A DNA stretch of 64,000 nt from Acidimicrobiia bacterium (GCA_031381685.1 JANMYF010000055.1:1589-65588), one strand, 5' to 3'; numbered from the stretch's first letter, positions 28,273 to 38,378 are shown. The notes: generated from the letters alone by a model not told the origin. Made by a program: numbers and translations.

Positions 28273-29370
28273 ATGAGCTCTGACCGACAGCCACCGTCCA
28301 GCGCAGCACCGGGGCGGTGGCTGTATGTCGTTCCGGCACTTCTCCTCGTTGCCGCCGGGTGGACGGCGCTCGCCCAACGGGCCGGCTCCACCGTGCGACC
28401 GGCCAACGCCGAGGAGGCCGCGGGCCTCGAACCGGCGACCGATCAGAACGATCCGAAGCGTTTCCGGATCGTCAGCCCGAACGTCATCGAGGACACCGCC
28501 ACTGGCATCCGCCGCACCGTAGACCTGCGGCCGGGCCAGGACATCCCGGAACGCTTCACCGAAAACCTGCCCGTCAACGACAACCTCCTCGACGACCGGC
28601 GGTACGGCATCGGGCCACGTCCCGTGCGTGTACTGATGAGTTCGATCGGTCTTGACGCGGAGACGATGCCAATCGGCCTGGACACCAACGGTGCACTGGC
28701 CGTGCCCCGTCGGGCCGACATCACCGGCTGGTGGTCGGGCGGCTTCGTCCCCGGGGAGAGCGGTCCCACCGTCATCGTCGGGCACTACGACTCCAAGGTC
28801 GCTCCCGGCGTCTTCTCTCGGCTCCCGAAGGCCAAGGTCGGGCAGTTGATCTTCGTCGAACAGTCAGACGGTTCGAGGTATCTGTACAAGGTCAGCGAGG
28901 TGGAGAAGCCGAAGAAGTCGGTCTTCCCGACCGACAAGGTCTACGGACCGACAGTGGGTTCGACCATCCGCCTGGTCACGTGCGGTGGCAAGTTCGACCG
29001 CAGCACCGGGCACTACGTCGACAACCTGATCGTGTACGCGGATCTCGTTCCCCAGCCAACCAGCCGGGGCATCATCCTCGGGTTCGACCAGCCCGAACTC
29101 TTCTCGACGACCACAACGACAACGACCCTGGTCACCGACACCACGATGGCCGAAACCAGTGTTCCCCCGTCGACCACCGCGGAACCTCCGACGACCGTGG
29201 CGCCCTCGGCCCCGTCGAGTGCCCCGCCCAATACGGTCCCGGCCACGACCGCGGCACCGATCCCGTCAACGGTCGCCACCGTGGAGGCCACGTCGACCAC
29301 GACGATCCCGCCGCCGGAGGGGCCCGTGACCGGCGCCGCTGGCGAACCGGTCACCACGTCGCCGACCTAG
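28273..29370 (+). CDS. Sortase (class F-like) with a C-terminal Thr/Pro-rich extension
   Basis: N-terminal TM helix. 'TVIVGHYDS' (catalytic His), 'IRLVTCGG' (TLxTC-type Cys), 'GHYVDNLIVYA' (Arg/Asn region). A tail of about 90 aa, 'TTTTTTLVTDTT...PPTTVAPSAPSSAPP'. Confidence 0.8.
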   Translation: MSSDRQPPSSAAPGRWLYVVPALLLVAAGWTALAQRAGSTVRPANAEEAAGLEPATDQNDPKRFRIVSPNVIEDTATGIRRTVDLRPGQDIPERFTENLPVNDNLLDDRRYGIGPRPVRVLMSSIGLDAETMPIGLDTNGALAVPRRADITGWWSGGFVPGESGPTVIVGHYDSKVAPGVFSRLPKAKVGQLIFVEQSDGSRYLYKVSEVEKPKKSVFPTDKVYGPTVGSTIRLVTCGGKFDRSTGHYVDNLIVYADLVPQPTSRGIILGFDQPELFSTTTTTTTLVTDTTMAETSVPPSTTAEPPTTVAPSAPSSAPPNTVPATTAAPIPSTVATVEATSTTTIPPPEGPVTGAAGEPVTTSPT

Positions 29371-29546
29371 CGCAAGGGAGGCGACAACGGTCGTGGGGCC
29401 ATCCCACATCACAGGTACGGGTATCCCGGATGCACCGTGTCGGGCGCGGAAACCGCCTGTTCCGGCCGGAGCGGGATGCCGTCGCCGGCGATCTGGGTTG
29501 TCCGGCGCTCGTCGGCGAACGGCGGCCGGAACGAGCGGAGAAGTGC

Positions 29547-30137
29547 CTAGCGGCCCTTGGCCTTCGCCTTGGCGGCCTTCTCGGCGTCCTTACGAGCCTT
29601 GCGGGCGGCGAGCTTGGCGTCGCGATCCGGGTCGACGGTTTTCGGAACCGTGATCGACACCAGTTCCGCCGGTGGAAGGGCGACGACCGGATCTGACTTG
29701 AGAAGGTCCTTGAGGATCGGGGACGCCAACGCTTCGCCAACGATGGCAGATGCCATCATCATGCGGGTCGCACCGACCGAGTGACGCTCGACCAGACCGG
29801 GAAGGGCGTCTAGCAGCTCGGCCTCCGTGGGATTGTCCGATGACTCGCCGAGCGCCTCGACGCAATCGGCGAGGCAGCGATCGGCGAGCAGCGCAGCGAT
29901 TCCCTCCAGGGTGCCGTTCATCCGACCTTTGGTCAGCGCGGCGCGAACCGAGGCGGTGTCGGTGCCGTGGCAGCGCTGCTCGAGGAGTTTCGACTGCTCC
30001 TCCGTGAGCCCGCTGACCATTCCCGCGATCTCGTCGTCGGTCGCGGCCCGGACCGCCCGCTCGAGCAGGCTGATGGCGATCAGGCGGCTCTGGACGGCGT
30101 TGACGGGGCGTTGGGTCTTCTGCTGCGGGGAACTCAC
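29547..30137 (-). CDS. Hypothetical protein with a Lys/Ala-rich C-terminal tail
   Basis: 196-aa ORF with good GC3 coding character. No recognised motif. Confidence 0.5.
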   Translation of the reverse strand: MSSPQQKTQRPVNAVQSRLIAISLLERAVRAATDDEIAGMVSGLTEEQSKLLEQRCHGTDTASVRAALTKGRMNGTLEGIAALLADRCLADCVEALGESSDNPTEAELLDALPGLVERHSVGATRMMMASAIVGEALASPILKDLLKSDPVVALPPAELVSITVPKTVDPDRDAKLAARKARKDAEKAAKAKAKGR

Positions 30138-30239
30138 GGCCGAAGAGGCTACTGGTGCATCGTGGCGCCCCTGTCGCTTCGGAGCGAAAAGCTCTGTCCT
30201 ACGAGCAGCTGGAGCTGCGCATCACCCCGACGAGCAGCT

Positions 30240-31031
30240 CTACGCGCCCGCTCCCATCGCCCGATCGATGGCACCGGGGATGTCGGGGTAGCGCTTGGTC
30301 GACGCGCCTCCGTCGATCAGATGGAACGACCCGCTGACAAAGCGCGCCTCGTCCGACGCGAGCCACGCGACCAGGCCCGCGACCTCGTCGGGCGACCCGT
30401 GGCGTCCGATCGTTGTGTTCTCGACGAACTCCTCGACCAGACCGGGGAGGGAGAAGAACGTGCCCGTCGCTGGCGTCTCGATCAATCCTGGGCCGACGGC
30501 GTTGACACGGATGCCTCGGACGCCGAACTCCATCGCCGCAACCCTCGTCAGCATGATCACCCCCGCCTTCGCCGCGCAGTATGCCGACATGCCGGCTGAC
30601 GGCTGCACCCCGTTGAGGGATGCGATGGCAACGATCGCGCCACCGTCGGACATCACCGTCCCGGCGTGCTTGATGGTGAGGAACACCCCGGTGAGGCACA
30701 CGTCGACGATCGCCCGGAACTCGTCCGCCGAGTGTTCGGTGATCATGCCGAACGTCCCCCGTCCTGCGTTTGCGACGGCCACGTCCAACCGGCCGAAACG
30801 GGCGATGGCAAGCGCGCTCAGCGATTCGACGTCTGCCTCTGCCGTGACGTCACATCGCTGCGCGGCGACGCGCCCGGCGAACTCGTTTTCGAGCGCGGCA
30901 CACGCTACGTCGTTGAGGTCACCCACGACAACGTTGGCACCGTCGTCGAGGAACCGTTGCACACATGCCCGGCCGATGCCGGACACACCGCCGGTGACGA
31001 GGGCGACACGTCCATCGAATCGAGTTGTCAT
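30240..31031 (-). CDS. SDR-family oxidoreductase
   Basis: 'VTGGVSGIGRA' (TGxxxGxG) and 'YCAAKAG' (YxxxK). Confidence 0.9.
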   Translation of the reverse strand: MTTRFDGRVALVTGGVSGIGRACVQRFLDDGANVVVGDLNDVACAALENEFAGRVAAQRCDVTAEADVESLSALAIARFGRLDVAVANAGRGTFGMITEHSADEFRAIVDVCLTGVFLTIKHAGTVMSDGGAIVAIASLNGVQPSAGMSAYCAAKAGVIMLTRVAAMEFGVRGIRVNAVGPGLIETPATGTFFSLPGLVEEFVENTTIGRHGSPDEVAGLVAWLASDEARFVSGSFHLIDGGASTKRYPDIPGAIDRAMGAGA

Positions 31032-31128
31032 GGCGGGAGAGTGTTCCACGCCGAGCACACCTCGACGCAGCGGCCTTACTGGCGTGGACGACTACGTTCA
31101 CGCAGGAAAACTCGGGAAGAGTAGGGAC

Positions 31129-32592
31129 ATGGCACTGCGCTCGGTTCCGAACCTTCTCAATTCAGCGGCGGATCGCGACCCACATGCTCCGGCGGTGACC
31201 TGCGGTGAGGACTCCGTCACCCGCCAAGAACTACGTGAGCGTACGAATCGTCTTGCTCGGGCATTTGCCGAGCGCGGCGTGCGCGAGGGGTCGCTGGTGA
31301 CGATCGCGCTGCCGAACTCGATCGGGTTTCTCGAAGCGGCGATCGCGGCATGGAAGCTCGGCGCGGTCCCTCAACCGGTGTCGCACCGCCTCCCGGATCG
31401 TGAACGCCACGCCATCGTTGAGCTCGCCGACAGCTCGTTGGTACTCGGAGTAAACCCCGCGGCCCACACCACCCGAACCGTCCTCCCAATCGGGTGGGAG
31501 CCCGATTCTGCGCTGTCGACCGACGACCTGCCCGACGCCGTCTCACCAACCTGGAAGGCGCCGACCAGCGGAGGGTCGACCGGGCGGCCGAAGCTCATCC
31601 TCTCCGGGGCGCGCGCGGAATTCGATGATGCCGGCGGCAATTTCGGCATGGGTATCGATGGATGTGTGGCCGTGCCCGGACCGCTGTATCACAACGCCCC
31701 GTTTCAGTTCAGCTCGCTCGGCCTGTTCCACGGCAACCACGTCGTGATCCTGCCGAAGTTCGACGCTCGATCGGCGGTCGAGTCGGTGCACCGCCACCGA
31801 CCGAGCCTGATGCTGTTGGTGCCGACGATGATGAGCCGGATGGTCCGACTCCCTGCCGAGGATCGTGAACAGTTCGATATGTCGTCGCTGACACACGTGT
31901 GGCACATGGCTGCACCGTGCCCACAGTGGTGCAAACAGGCATGGATCGATTGGGTCGGAGCGGAACAGGTCTACGAGCTCTACGCAGGAACAGAAGCGCA
32001 GGCGGTCACCATCATCCGCGGGGATGAGTGGGTTGCCCATCGCGGATCGGTCGGTCGGGTCACCATGGGTGAGATGCGCGTTCTCGACCCCGAGACCCAT
32101 GAGGACTTGCCGGTCGGGGAAATGGGCGAGGTGTTCATGCGGTCGACGGGCCGTTCCGCCACGTACACCTACGTCGGCGCCGAGGCGCACCGCATCGCCG
32201 ACGGGTGGGAGAGCCTTGGCGACATGGGGTGGTTCGACGCTGACGGGTATCTCTACCTCGGGGACCGCAAGGGCGACATGATTCTGTCGGGCGGGGCCAA
32301 CATCTATCCGGCCGAGATCGAAAGCGCGCTTGCCGAACATCCTGCGGTGCTGTCGAGCGCGGTGATCGGCCTGCCCGATGAAGATCTCGGCAAGGTCGTG
32401 CACGCGGTTGTCCAGATCGATCCCGCCGTCGGCGTCGCTGGCATTGATGAGGACGAACTCCGACGTTTCCTCTCCGAGCGCCTCGTCCGCTACAAAGTGC
32501 CGAGGACGTTCGAATTCACGCTCGAGGTCGTGCGCGACGACGCCGGAAAGGTGCGTCGCAGCGCTCTCGCCGCCGAGCGCACCGTGCCCTAG
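31129..32592 (+). CDS. AMP-dependent synthetase/ligase (acyl-CoA synthetase family)
   Basis: 'TSGGSTGRPK' and 'GDMGWFDADGYLYLGDRKGDMILSGGANIYPAEIE'. The upstream part of ORF 30295.. is antisense to the SDR gene. Confidence 0.9.
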   Translation: MALRSVPNLLNSAADRDPHAPAVTCGEDSVTRQELRERTNRLARAFAERGVREGSLVTIALPNSIGFLEAAIAAWKLGAVPQPVSHRLPDRERHAIVELADSSLVLGVNPAAHTTRTVLPIGWEPDSALSTDDLPDAVSPTWKAPTSGGSTGRPKLILSGARAEFDDAGGNFGMGIDGCVAVPGPLYHNAPFQFSSLGLFHGNHVVILPKFDARSAVESVHRHRPSLMLLVPTMMSRMVRLPAEDREQFDMSSLTHVWHMAAPCPQWCKQAWIDWVGAEQVYELYAGTEAQAVTIIRGDEWVAHRGSVGRVTMGEMRVLDPETHEDLPVGEMGEVFMRSTGRSATYTYVGAEAHRIADGWESLGDMGWFDADGYLYLGDRKGDMILSGGANIYPAEIESALAEHPAVLSSAVIGLPDEDLGKVVHAVVQIDPAVGVAGIDEDELRRFLSERLVRYKVPRTFEFTLEVVRDDAGKVRRSALAAERTVP

Positions 32593-32704
32593 CGAACGGC
32601 CTGGGTCCGCTGAGCGAGTTGGGTCGGCTCCCGTGCGCCAGTGCACATTTCCCGACCCAACGACGTGAGCTGACCCAACGACGGGAGCCGACCCAGAAGA
32701 CGGG

Positions 32705-34957
32705 CTACGTCGGCTTGCAGTCGTAGAGCGTGAAGGAGGCGCTGGTGGGTCCGCCGGCGAACGAAGTTTCGCCGGCGGCGTCGGCGCCGGACTGCCACGC
32801 GCTCGCAGGGACCTCGGCGCATTCCGTCGAGACGAATGACGACGCCGAACCACCGGCACCGCCGGGGCCGAACCCGCCGCGGCCGAAGCCACCGGCGCTG
32901 ACGAGGAAGTACCGGACCTGTCCTCCGGTGATCTTGGCCCGCAGCTGATCCTCGGTGAGGATCGGGTCGGATCCGATGAAGCCACCCATCGTCATCACCG
33001 GCGCGCCGCTCGCGATGATGATCGACTCGGCCTGTCCCGCGCTCTGTACCGCGACCAACCATTTCTCCGTCGTGCGCTGCGAACGCAGGTACTCGACGAG
33101 GCGCTTCTGGTCGCCGGTCGGGAAGGTGAAGCCGCCATTGGGCTGCAGACCCGATCGTCCACCGCTCAGCCCCGTCGCCTGGGCGTACGGGAGTTGCGGC
33201 GTGACGCCGTTGGCCAGGGACGACTGCGTCCACAGAAGGGGCGAGAGCACGAGGAGGGCGACCGCGGCGACACCGGCTCCGGTTGCCGTCCTCGACCGAC
33301 GCAGTGTGCCGGCGATGAGGGCGACCACGCCGACCACCGCTCCGAGCACGGCGATCCATGCCAGAGCGGGTCGCCAGTCGATCGAATCGGGGCGTCGGAG
33401 AACGGTCCACTGCGTCACGGTGGTCGCCGCGAGACCGACCGCGGGGATCGCCAGCCACGGCCACCGTCGCTCGCGCAGCGCCGCCACCACCTCGGCCAGC
33501 CCGAGTCCCGCGAGCGCTGCCGCAGGAGGCGCAACGCTCGACAGGTAGTAGGGGTGGACGATCCCCTTCGTGATGCTGAACGCGCCGCCGGCGATCAACA
33601 GCCAGCCCCCGAAAATCACCGTCGCGGCCATCGCAGGCGACGGGCGGAACCGGCGCCGGGCGAGCACGAGCAGACCACCGGCCAGCGAAAGGGGGAGGAA
33701 CCAGGCGATCTGTGATCCGAGCTCAGTGTTCGCGAGTCGCAGCGGTCCCGGCTCACCACCGGAGAAGCCGAGTCGCGGAATTCCGAACCCACCGCCCGGG
33801 CCGCCCCGGGGCGCGCCACCGAATCCACCGGGGCCAGGACCTCCGGCTGCGGGAACGCCGTTGGCAGTACCGGGCAGGTTCACACCGGGAAGAAGGCCGC
33901 CGATGCCCGTCGACGGCGCCCCGTTGGCCGCTCCCGGCAGGTTCACACCGGGAAGAAGGCCGCCGAGGGCACCGTTTCCACCGTCGGCTGCGCCGCCTCC
34001 CGCTCCCGGTAGAAATCCCGGCCCGTCGCCACGGGGAAAGCCACCCGGACCGCCCCGGCCACCCGGTCCACCACCACCCCCGACCCCACCCTGGGTGCCC
34101 TCCACCTGATTGGCCCCATTGCGCTCGAAGGCGAGCTGGAACGCCGAGTTCGTGGCGCTCGACCCAACATAAGGGCGGGACGACTTCGGGGTCAGGTCGA
34201 CGTAGGCGAACCAAGCCAGCCCGATCGCAGCCATCAGGGCGACACTCGTCGCCGCGCCCGCGGCACGGCGACGCCAACCCAGGGGAGCGCACCACGCGAA
34301 GGCCAACGCGATCCCCGGCATGACGGGCACGCCGGCGAGCATCTTGGCGGTCATCGCCAGCCCGGCGACGACGCTGGCGATCGCCAACCAGCGGAGGCGG
34401 CCGCTGACGACGGCGCGAACGGCGGCGTAGGCCGCTCCCGACATCACGCATACGAGGACGGCGTCGAGGTTGTTGGAGTGGCTGACCATGACGTGGATCG
34501 GCGTCACGGCGAGGAACAGCGCGGCGACGAGACCTGCGTTCCGCGACGACACGAGCGTCACGGCGCGGTACACGAACCACACCGACAGCACTCCCGCGAT
34601 GGCTTGGGGAACCAGCAGGGACATCTGGTTGAAGCCGAAGAGCTTCGCCGAGATCGTCTGCACCCATAGCGAAAAGGGCGGCTTGTCGACCGAGACGAAG
34701 CCACCGGGCTCGAAGCTGGCGAACACGAAGTTGTGCCAGCTCTGCATCATCGACCGGACCGCAGCCGAGTAGTACGCGTTTCCCCACCCGACGTTCGCGA
34801 GCGCCCACCCGTTCAGCAGTCCCGACAGGCTCAGCACCGCCAGGATCGGACCGTGGGGCGCCATCCGACGGCGAAACCTCGCGAGGGATGCGGGCACCGT
34901 CGAGGCCGGGGTGCCGGCCGCAGGAAGATCAGATCCGAGGGAGCTCACATCAACCAT
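32705..34957 (-). CDS. Glycosyltransferase family 39 (ArnT/PMT-like) membrane protein with an internal Gly/Pro-rich insertion
   Basis: 'NAYYSAAVRSMMQSWHNFVFASFEPGGFVSVDKPPFSLWVQ' is typical of the GT39 N-terminus. Many TM segments. Low-complexity insert of about 130 aa. Start is 34957 or 34999. Confidence 0.8.
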   Translation of the reverse strand: MVDVSSLGSDLPAAGTPASTVPASLARFRRRMAPHGPILAVLSLSGLLNGWALANVGWGNAYYSAAVRSMMQSWHNFVFASFEPGGFVSVDKPPFSLWVQTISAKLFGFNQMSLLVPQAIAGVLSVWFVYRAVTLVSSRNAGLVAALFLAVTPIHVMVSHSNNLDAVLVCVMSGAAYAAVRAVVSGRLRWLAIASVVAGLAMTAKMLAGVPVMPGIALAFAWCAPLGWRRRAAGAATSVALMAAIGLAWFAYVDLTPKSSRPYVGSSATNSAFQLAFERNGANQVEGTQGGVGGGGGPGGRGGPGGFPRGDGPGFLPGAGGGAADGGNGALGGLLPGVNLPGAANGAPSTGIGGLLPGVNLPGTANGVPAAGGPGPGGFGGAPRGGPGGGFGIPRLGFSGGEPGPLRLANTELGSQIAWFLPLSLAGGLLVLARRRFRPSPAMAATVIFGGWLLIAGGAFSITKGIVHPYYLSSVAPPAAALAGLGLAEVVAALRERRWPWLAIPAVGLAATTVTQWTVLRRPDSIDWRPALAWIAVLGAVVGVVALIAGTLRRSRTATGAGVAAVALLVLSPLLWTQSSLANGVTPQLPYAQATGLSGGRSGLQPNGGFTFPTGDQKRLVEYLRSQRTTEKWLVAVQSAGQAESIIIASGAPVMTMGGFIGSDPILTEDQLRAKITGGQVRYFLVSAGGFGRGGFGPGGAGGSASSFVSTECAEVPASAWQSGADAAGETSFAGGPTSASFTLYDCKPT
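33858..33966 (-). repeat. 63-nt direct coding repeat inside the GT39 insertion
   Basis: ccgttggc..ggcaggttcacaccgggaagaaggccgccga occurs at 33858 and 33921. It encodes 'GGLLPGVNLPG(A/T)ANG(A/V)P' twice. Confidence 0.85.
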
Positions 34958-35024
34958 TGCGTTGAGTGTCCCGGACAAAGGTGAAGAGCCGGTGAGCATC
35001 CCGAAGCCTGAGCATCCCACCGCG

Positions 35025-35588
35025 TCACGCGGAGAGTTGGTCTTCGCGCCACGTGCCCGGCGCCAATCCGTCCAAGGTGAGCCCGGCCATCGCCACACGA
35101 ACGAGGCGAAGCGTGGGGTGGCCGACCGCCGCGGTCATCCGGCGGACCTGGCGGTTGCGGCCCTCGGTGAGAGTGAGCTCGATCCACGACGTGGGCACCG
35201 ACAGGCGATGTCGTACCGGTGGCACCCGCGGCCACAACCACTGCGGTTCCTCGACCCGGGCGGCCGAAGCCGGACGGCAGGCGACCCCCTCGAGCACGAC
35301 CGAACCGTCGGAGAGCGCAGCGAAGGCCCGGTCGTCGGGCTCTCCTTCGACCTGGGCGAGATAGGTGCGCTCGTGTCCGTGGCGGGGATCGGTGAGGCGG
35401 TGTTGCAGACGGCCATCGGACGTGAGGACCACGAGGCCCTCGGAGTCACGATCGAGGAGCCCGGCCGGATACAGCCCGGATTGTTGGACGAACTCGGCCA
35501 GGGTGCGGGTGCCGGGCGCGGCGTTCGCCGGGAGGGTGAACCGGGTGACCACGTCGAAGGGCTTGTTGAGTACCACGACTCGGACCAC
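35025..35588 (-). CDS. Pseudouridine synthase (RsuA/RluE family, no S4 domain)
   Basis: 'VVLNKP' and 'GLLDRDSEGLVVLTSDG' (catalytic Asp motif). GTG start at 35588 chosen to avoid overlapping the divergent ACAD gene. Confidence 0.75.
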   Translation of the reverse strand: MVRVVVLNKPFDVVTRFTLPANAAPGTRTLAEFVQQSGLYPAGLLDRDSEGLVVLTSDGRLQHRLTDPRHGHERTYLAQVEGEPDDRAFAALSDGSVVLEGVACRPASAARVEEPQWLWPRVPPVRHRLSVPTSWIELTLTEGRNRQVRRMTAAVGHPTLRLVRVAMAGLTLDGLAPGTWREDQLSA

Positions 35589-35712
35589 CGCTCCAGTTGA
35601 GCAGACCACCGATCGGGCGCCGGCGGGAACGGCCCAATTCGCTGTAACAGGAAGGCCGTTCGTAGCCTGGTCGCCGACCGACCGGTCTGACACCTGCCTC
35701 CGGAGGCCCACC

Positions 35713-36915
35713 ATGAGTTCCACCACCGACACGATCGCCGGATCGGACATCCAACTCGTCGCCAAGCTCTGCGACGAACTCCTCGCGGAGTTCCCGCCGG
35801 CAACGACTCCGGCGGTCACGTTCCTCGGCGCCCAGTTCGACAAGGGCCTCGCGTGGGTGCAGTTCGCTCCCGGCTTCGGAGGCCTCGGCATGGCCCCGAA
35901 GGTGCAGAGCGCCGTCGACGGCCGCCTGCGCGAAGCCGGTGCACCCGTCGCCTATTACCGCAACCCCATCGGGTACGGCATGGGGGCGCCGACGGTCTAC
36001 ACGTGGGGGTCCGAGGACCAGAAGAAGCGCTACCTGCGACCGCTGTTCACCGGCGAGGAGGTGTGGTGTCAGCTGTTCTCCGAGCCCGGCGCCGGCTCCG
36101 ACGTGGCCGGACTCGCCACCCGGGCCGTCAAGGACGGCGAGGAGTGGATCGTCAACGGACAGAAGGTGTGGACGACGCTCGCCCACCTCGCCCGTTGGGG
36201 GATGCTCGTAGCCCGATCGGACGCCAATGCGGAGAAGCACAAGGGCCTGACCTATTTCGTCGTCGACATGCACGCTCCGGGTGTGGAGGTCCGGCCATTG
36301 CGGCAGATGACCGGTGACGCGGAGTTCAACGAGGTGTACTTCACCGACGCCCGGATCCCCGACGCCGAACGTCTCGGTGAGGTTGGCGACGGATGGCGGG
36401 TGTCGATCACCACGCTGATGAACGAGCGCGTCTCGATCGGTGGCTCCATCGCGCCACGGGGGAGTGGTCCGATCGGCCTCGCCGTGAAGGCGTTCCGGGA
36501 GTACGGCCACACCAACGCGTCCACTCGTGACGAGCTCATGAAGCTGTGGATCCGCGCGGAGGCGGCCCGTCTCACGAACATCCGCGCCGCCGGCACCCGC
36601 AAGGCCGGCACGCCAGGGCCGGAGGGCTCGACCGGCAAGCTCGCCTCCGCCGAGCTCAACAAGGACATCTACGACTTCTGCATGTCGCTGATGGGCGCCC
36701 ACGCCATGCTCTACGGGGAGTACACGATGCATCGACCGGAGACCGCAATGGCCGGAACCACGTTGCAGCAGCAGTTCCTCCGCAGTCGGGCGAATTCGAT
36801 CGAGGGTGGCACGTCCGAAGTCATGCGCAACATCCTCGGAGAGCGCGTCCTCGGCCTTCCCGGTGACGTGCGCGTCGACAAGGGCAAGAGCTGGCTCGAG
36901 GTGCCCCGCAACTGA
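35713..36915 (+). CDS. Acyl-CoA dehydrogenase
   Basis: 'CQLFSEPGAGSD', 'WIVNGQKVWTT' and C-terminal 'IEGGTSEVMRNILGERVLGLP'. Confidence 0.9.
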   Translation: MSSTTDTIAGSDIQLVAKLCDELLAEFPPATTPAVTFLGAQFDKGLAWVQFAPGFGGLGMAPKVQSAVDGRLREAGAPVAYYRNPIGYGMGAPTVYTWGSEDQKKRYLRPLFTGEEVWCQLFSEPGAGSDVAGLATRAVKDGEEWIVNGQKVWTTLAHLARWGMLVARSDANAEKHKGLTYFVVDMHAPGVEVRPLRQMTGDAEFNEVYFTDARIPDAERLGEVGDGWRVSITTLMNERVSIGGSIAPRGSGPIGLAVKAFREYGHTNASTRDELMKLWIRAEAARLTNIRAAGTRKAGTPGPEGSTGKLASAELNKDIYDFCMSLMGAHAMLYGEYTMHRPETAMAGTTLQQQFLRSRANSIEGGTSEVMRNILGERVLGLPGDVRVDKGKSWLEVPRN

Positions 36916-36961
36916 CCACCGCCCAGCGTCGGCGCGGCGTGTGTTCGCCGCGCCGACGGGG

Positions 36962-37540
36962 TCAGCAGGGAATGAGGGAACCGTCGGCGCAGATCGCCAG
37001 ACCCGACGCGTCGCTCATACGCAGCAACGGTTCGGCCGAGGACGGCCCGAGGGTGAGCACGTGGCGGGCCAGGACGGTCGACATGGCGGCGCGTCCGCAG
37101 GACACCGTCGCGGCGATGAGCGAATCGGGGCGCTTCGGCGCGGCGATAGCGGTGGCCATGCCGACGATGTGGGCACCACGGGCGACGACCATGACTGACG
37201 GGAGAACAGCACAGCTGTCCTGGGGATCGACGAGCACGATCCCGCCGGCATCGGATGACATCGGATCGATGCGCCGGCCGATCGACACGACAAGGAACGG
37301 GATCTCGTCGCTCGCTACTCCGGGGAGGAGATCGTCGAGCACTCGCCCGGCGGTCAGAAGCGCGTCATCGTGGAGGACGAGCATCGCCGGCAGCGCATGC
37401 GCGAGACGGGCGAGGGTATAGCGGGCCAGCTTCGACGCCCCGGGCCCCTCGATGAGGACATCGACTGGCACGGAGCCGGCGGCTCCTGAGCACAGGTGCC
37501 GGACATCGGCGGCGGAACGGGCGAGGCTGATGATCGTCAT
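36962..37540 (-). CDS. Hypothetical protein
   Basis: 192-aa ORF from 'MTIISLARS'. Coding-like composition, no recognised motif. Start uncertain (37582 is an alternative). Confidence 0.4.
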   Translation of the reverse strand: MTIISLARSAADVRHLCSGAAGSVPVDVLIEGPGASKLARYTLARLAHALPAMLVLHDDALLTAGRVLDDLLPGVASDEIPFLVVSIGRRIDPMSSDAGGIVLVDPQDSCAVLPSVMVVARGAHIVGMATAIAAPKRPDSLIAATVSCGRAAMSTVLARHVLTLGPSSAEPLLRMSDASGLAICADGSLIPC

Positions 37541-37661
37541 GTCCCCATACTGATCGGTCGACCACGTAGAGTGGTGGATCATCGCAAGTGATGAAAAGCC
37601 CCGAACGGACGGTCGGCCGTGAATGGTCATTCGTTGCCGAAGCCCGCGACGGGACGTTCGG

Positions 37662-38378
37662 CTACGCCGTTTCGACGACCTGGAACGCCTCAGCGGTCGT
37701 ACCCGGGGGAAGCCCGCCGGACAAGGCGACGGTTTCGTTCCACATCCGGATGCGCGCCTGCATCCCCTCTGGATCCGGGAGTTGGCTGGCATGGCAGAGC
37801 AGGGCGGCGATCTTGCGGTCGAACTGGGCGGTGGTGTCGACCCACTTGTTCGGTGTCGGTCCGCCCATCAGCCAGATCTGCCATGCGGAATGCGGCTCGA
37901 AGCCTTCCTCCATGAGCTCGACGAACGTGAACGGATTGCGGGCGTCGGGGTACACGGCCCCCATCGTCGCCTCTGCAGTCGCGAGGTGGTCGGGGTGTGA
38001 TCCGTAGATCCGGTTGAAGTCCCGCACTGGCGACTGGCACATGACGACGTCGGGTTTGAATCGGCGGATCTCGCGGGAAATGTCCTTGCGCAGTGCGAGG
38101 GACGGCTCCACCGCGCCGTCGGGGTAGCCGAGGAAGCGAAGCTCACTCACTCCCACCTCCTTCGCTGCCGCGGTCTGCTCCTCTCGGCGGATACGCGGTA
38201 TTTCCGACCGAGGAACAGCCGGATCGAAGCCACCGGCATCGCCGTCGGTCACGATGCAGTACCCGACCTCGACCCCGGCGTCGGTGAGCGTGGCAATGGT
38301 TCCGGCGGCGCCGAAATCGACGTCATCCGGATGGGCCGTGACGACGAGGAGACGATGGATCGGACGGTCGTTGCTCAT
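37662..38378 (-). CDS. PIG-L/LmbE-family deacetylase (MshB/Mca-like)
   Basis: 'LLVVTAHPDDVDFGAAG' (AHPDD motif), 'HPDH'. Confidence 0.85.
   Translation of the reverse strand: MSNDRPIHRLLVVTAHPDDVDFGAAGTIATLTDAGVEVGYCIVTDGDAGGFDPAVPRSEIPRIRREEQTAAAKEVGVSELRFLGYPDGAVEPSLALRKDISREIRRFKPDVVMCQSPVRDFNRIYGSHPDHLATAEATMGAVYPDARNPFTFVELMEEGFEPHSAWQIWLMGGPTPNKWVDTTAQFDRKIAALLCHASQLPDPEGMQARIRMWNETVALSGGLPPGTTAEAFQVVETA

Noticed and set aside
30295-31128. A 278-aa N-terminal extension of the acyl-CoA ligase ORF.
   Set aside because: The extension is antisense to the SDR gene and has shadow-ORF composition. Ligase homology begins at ATG 31129.
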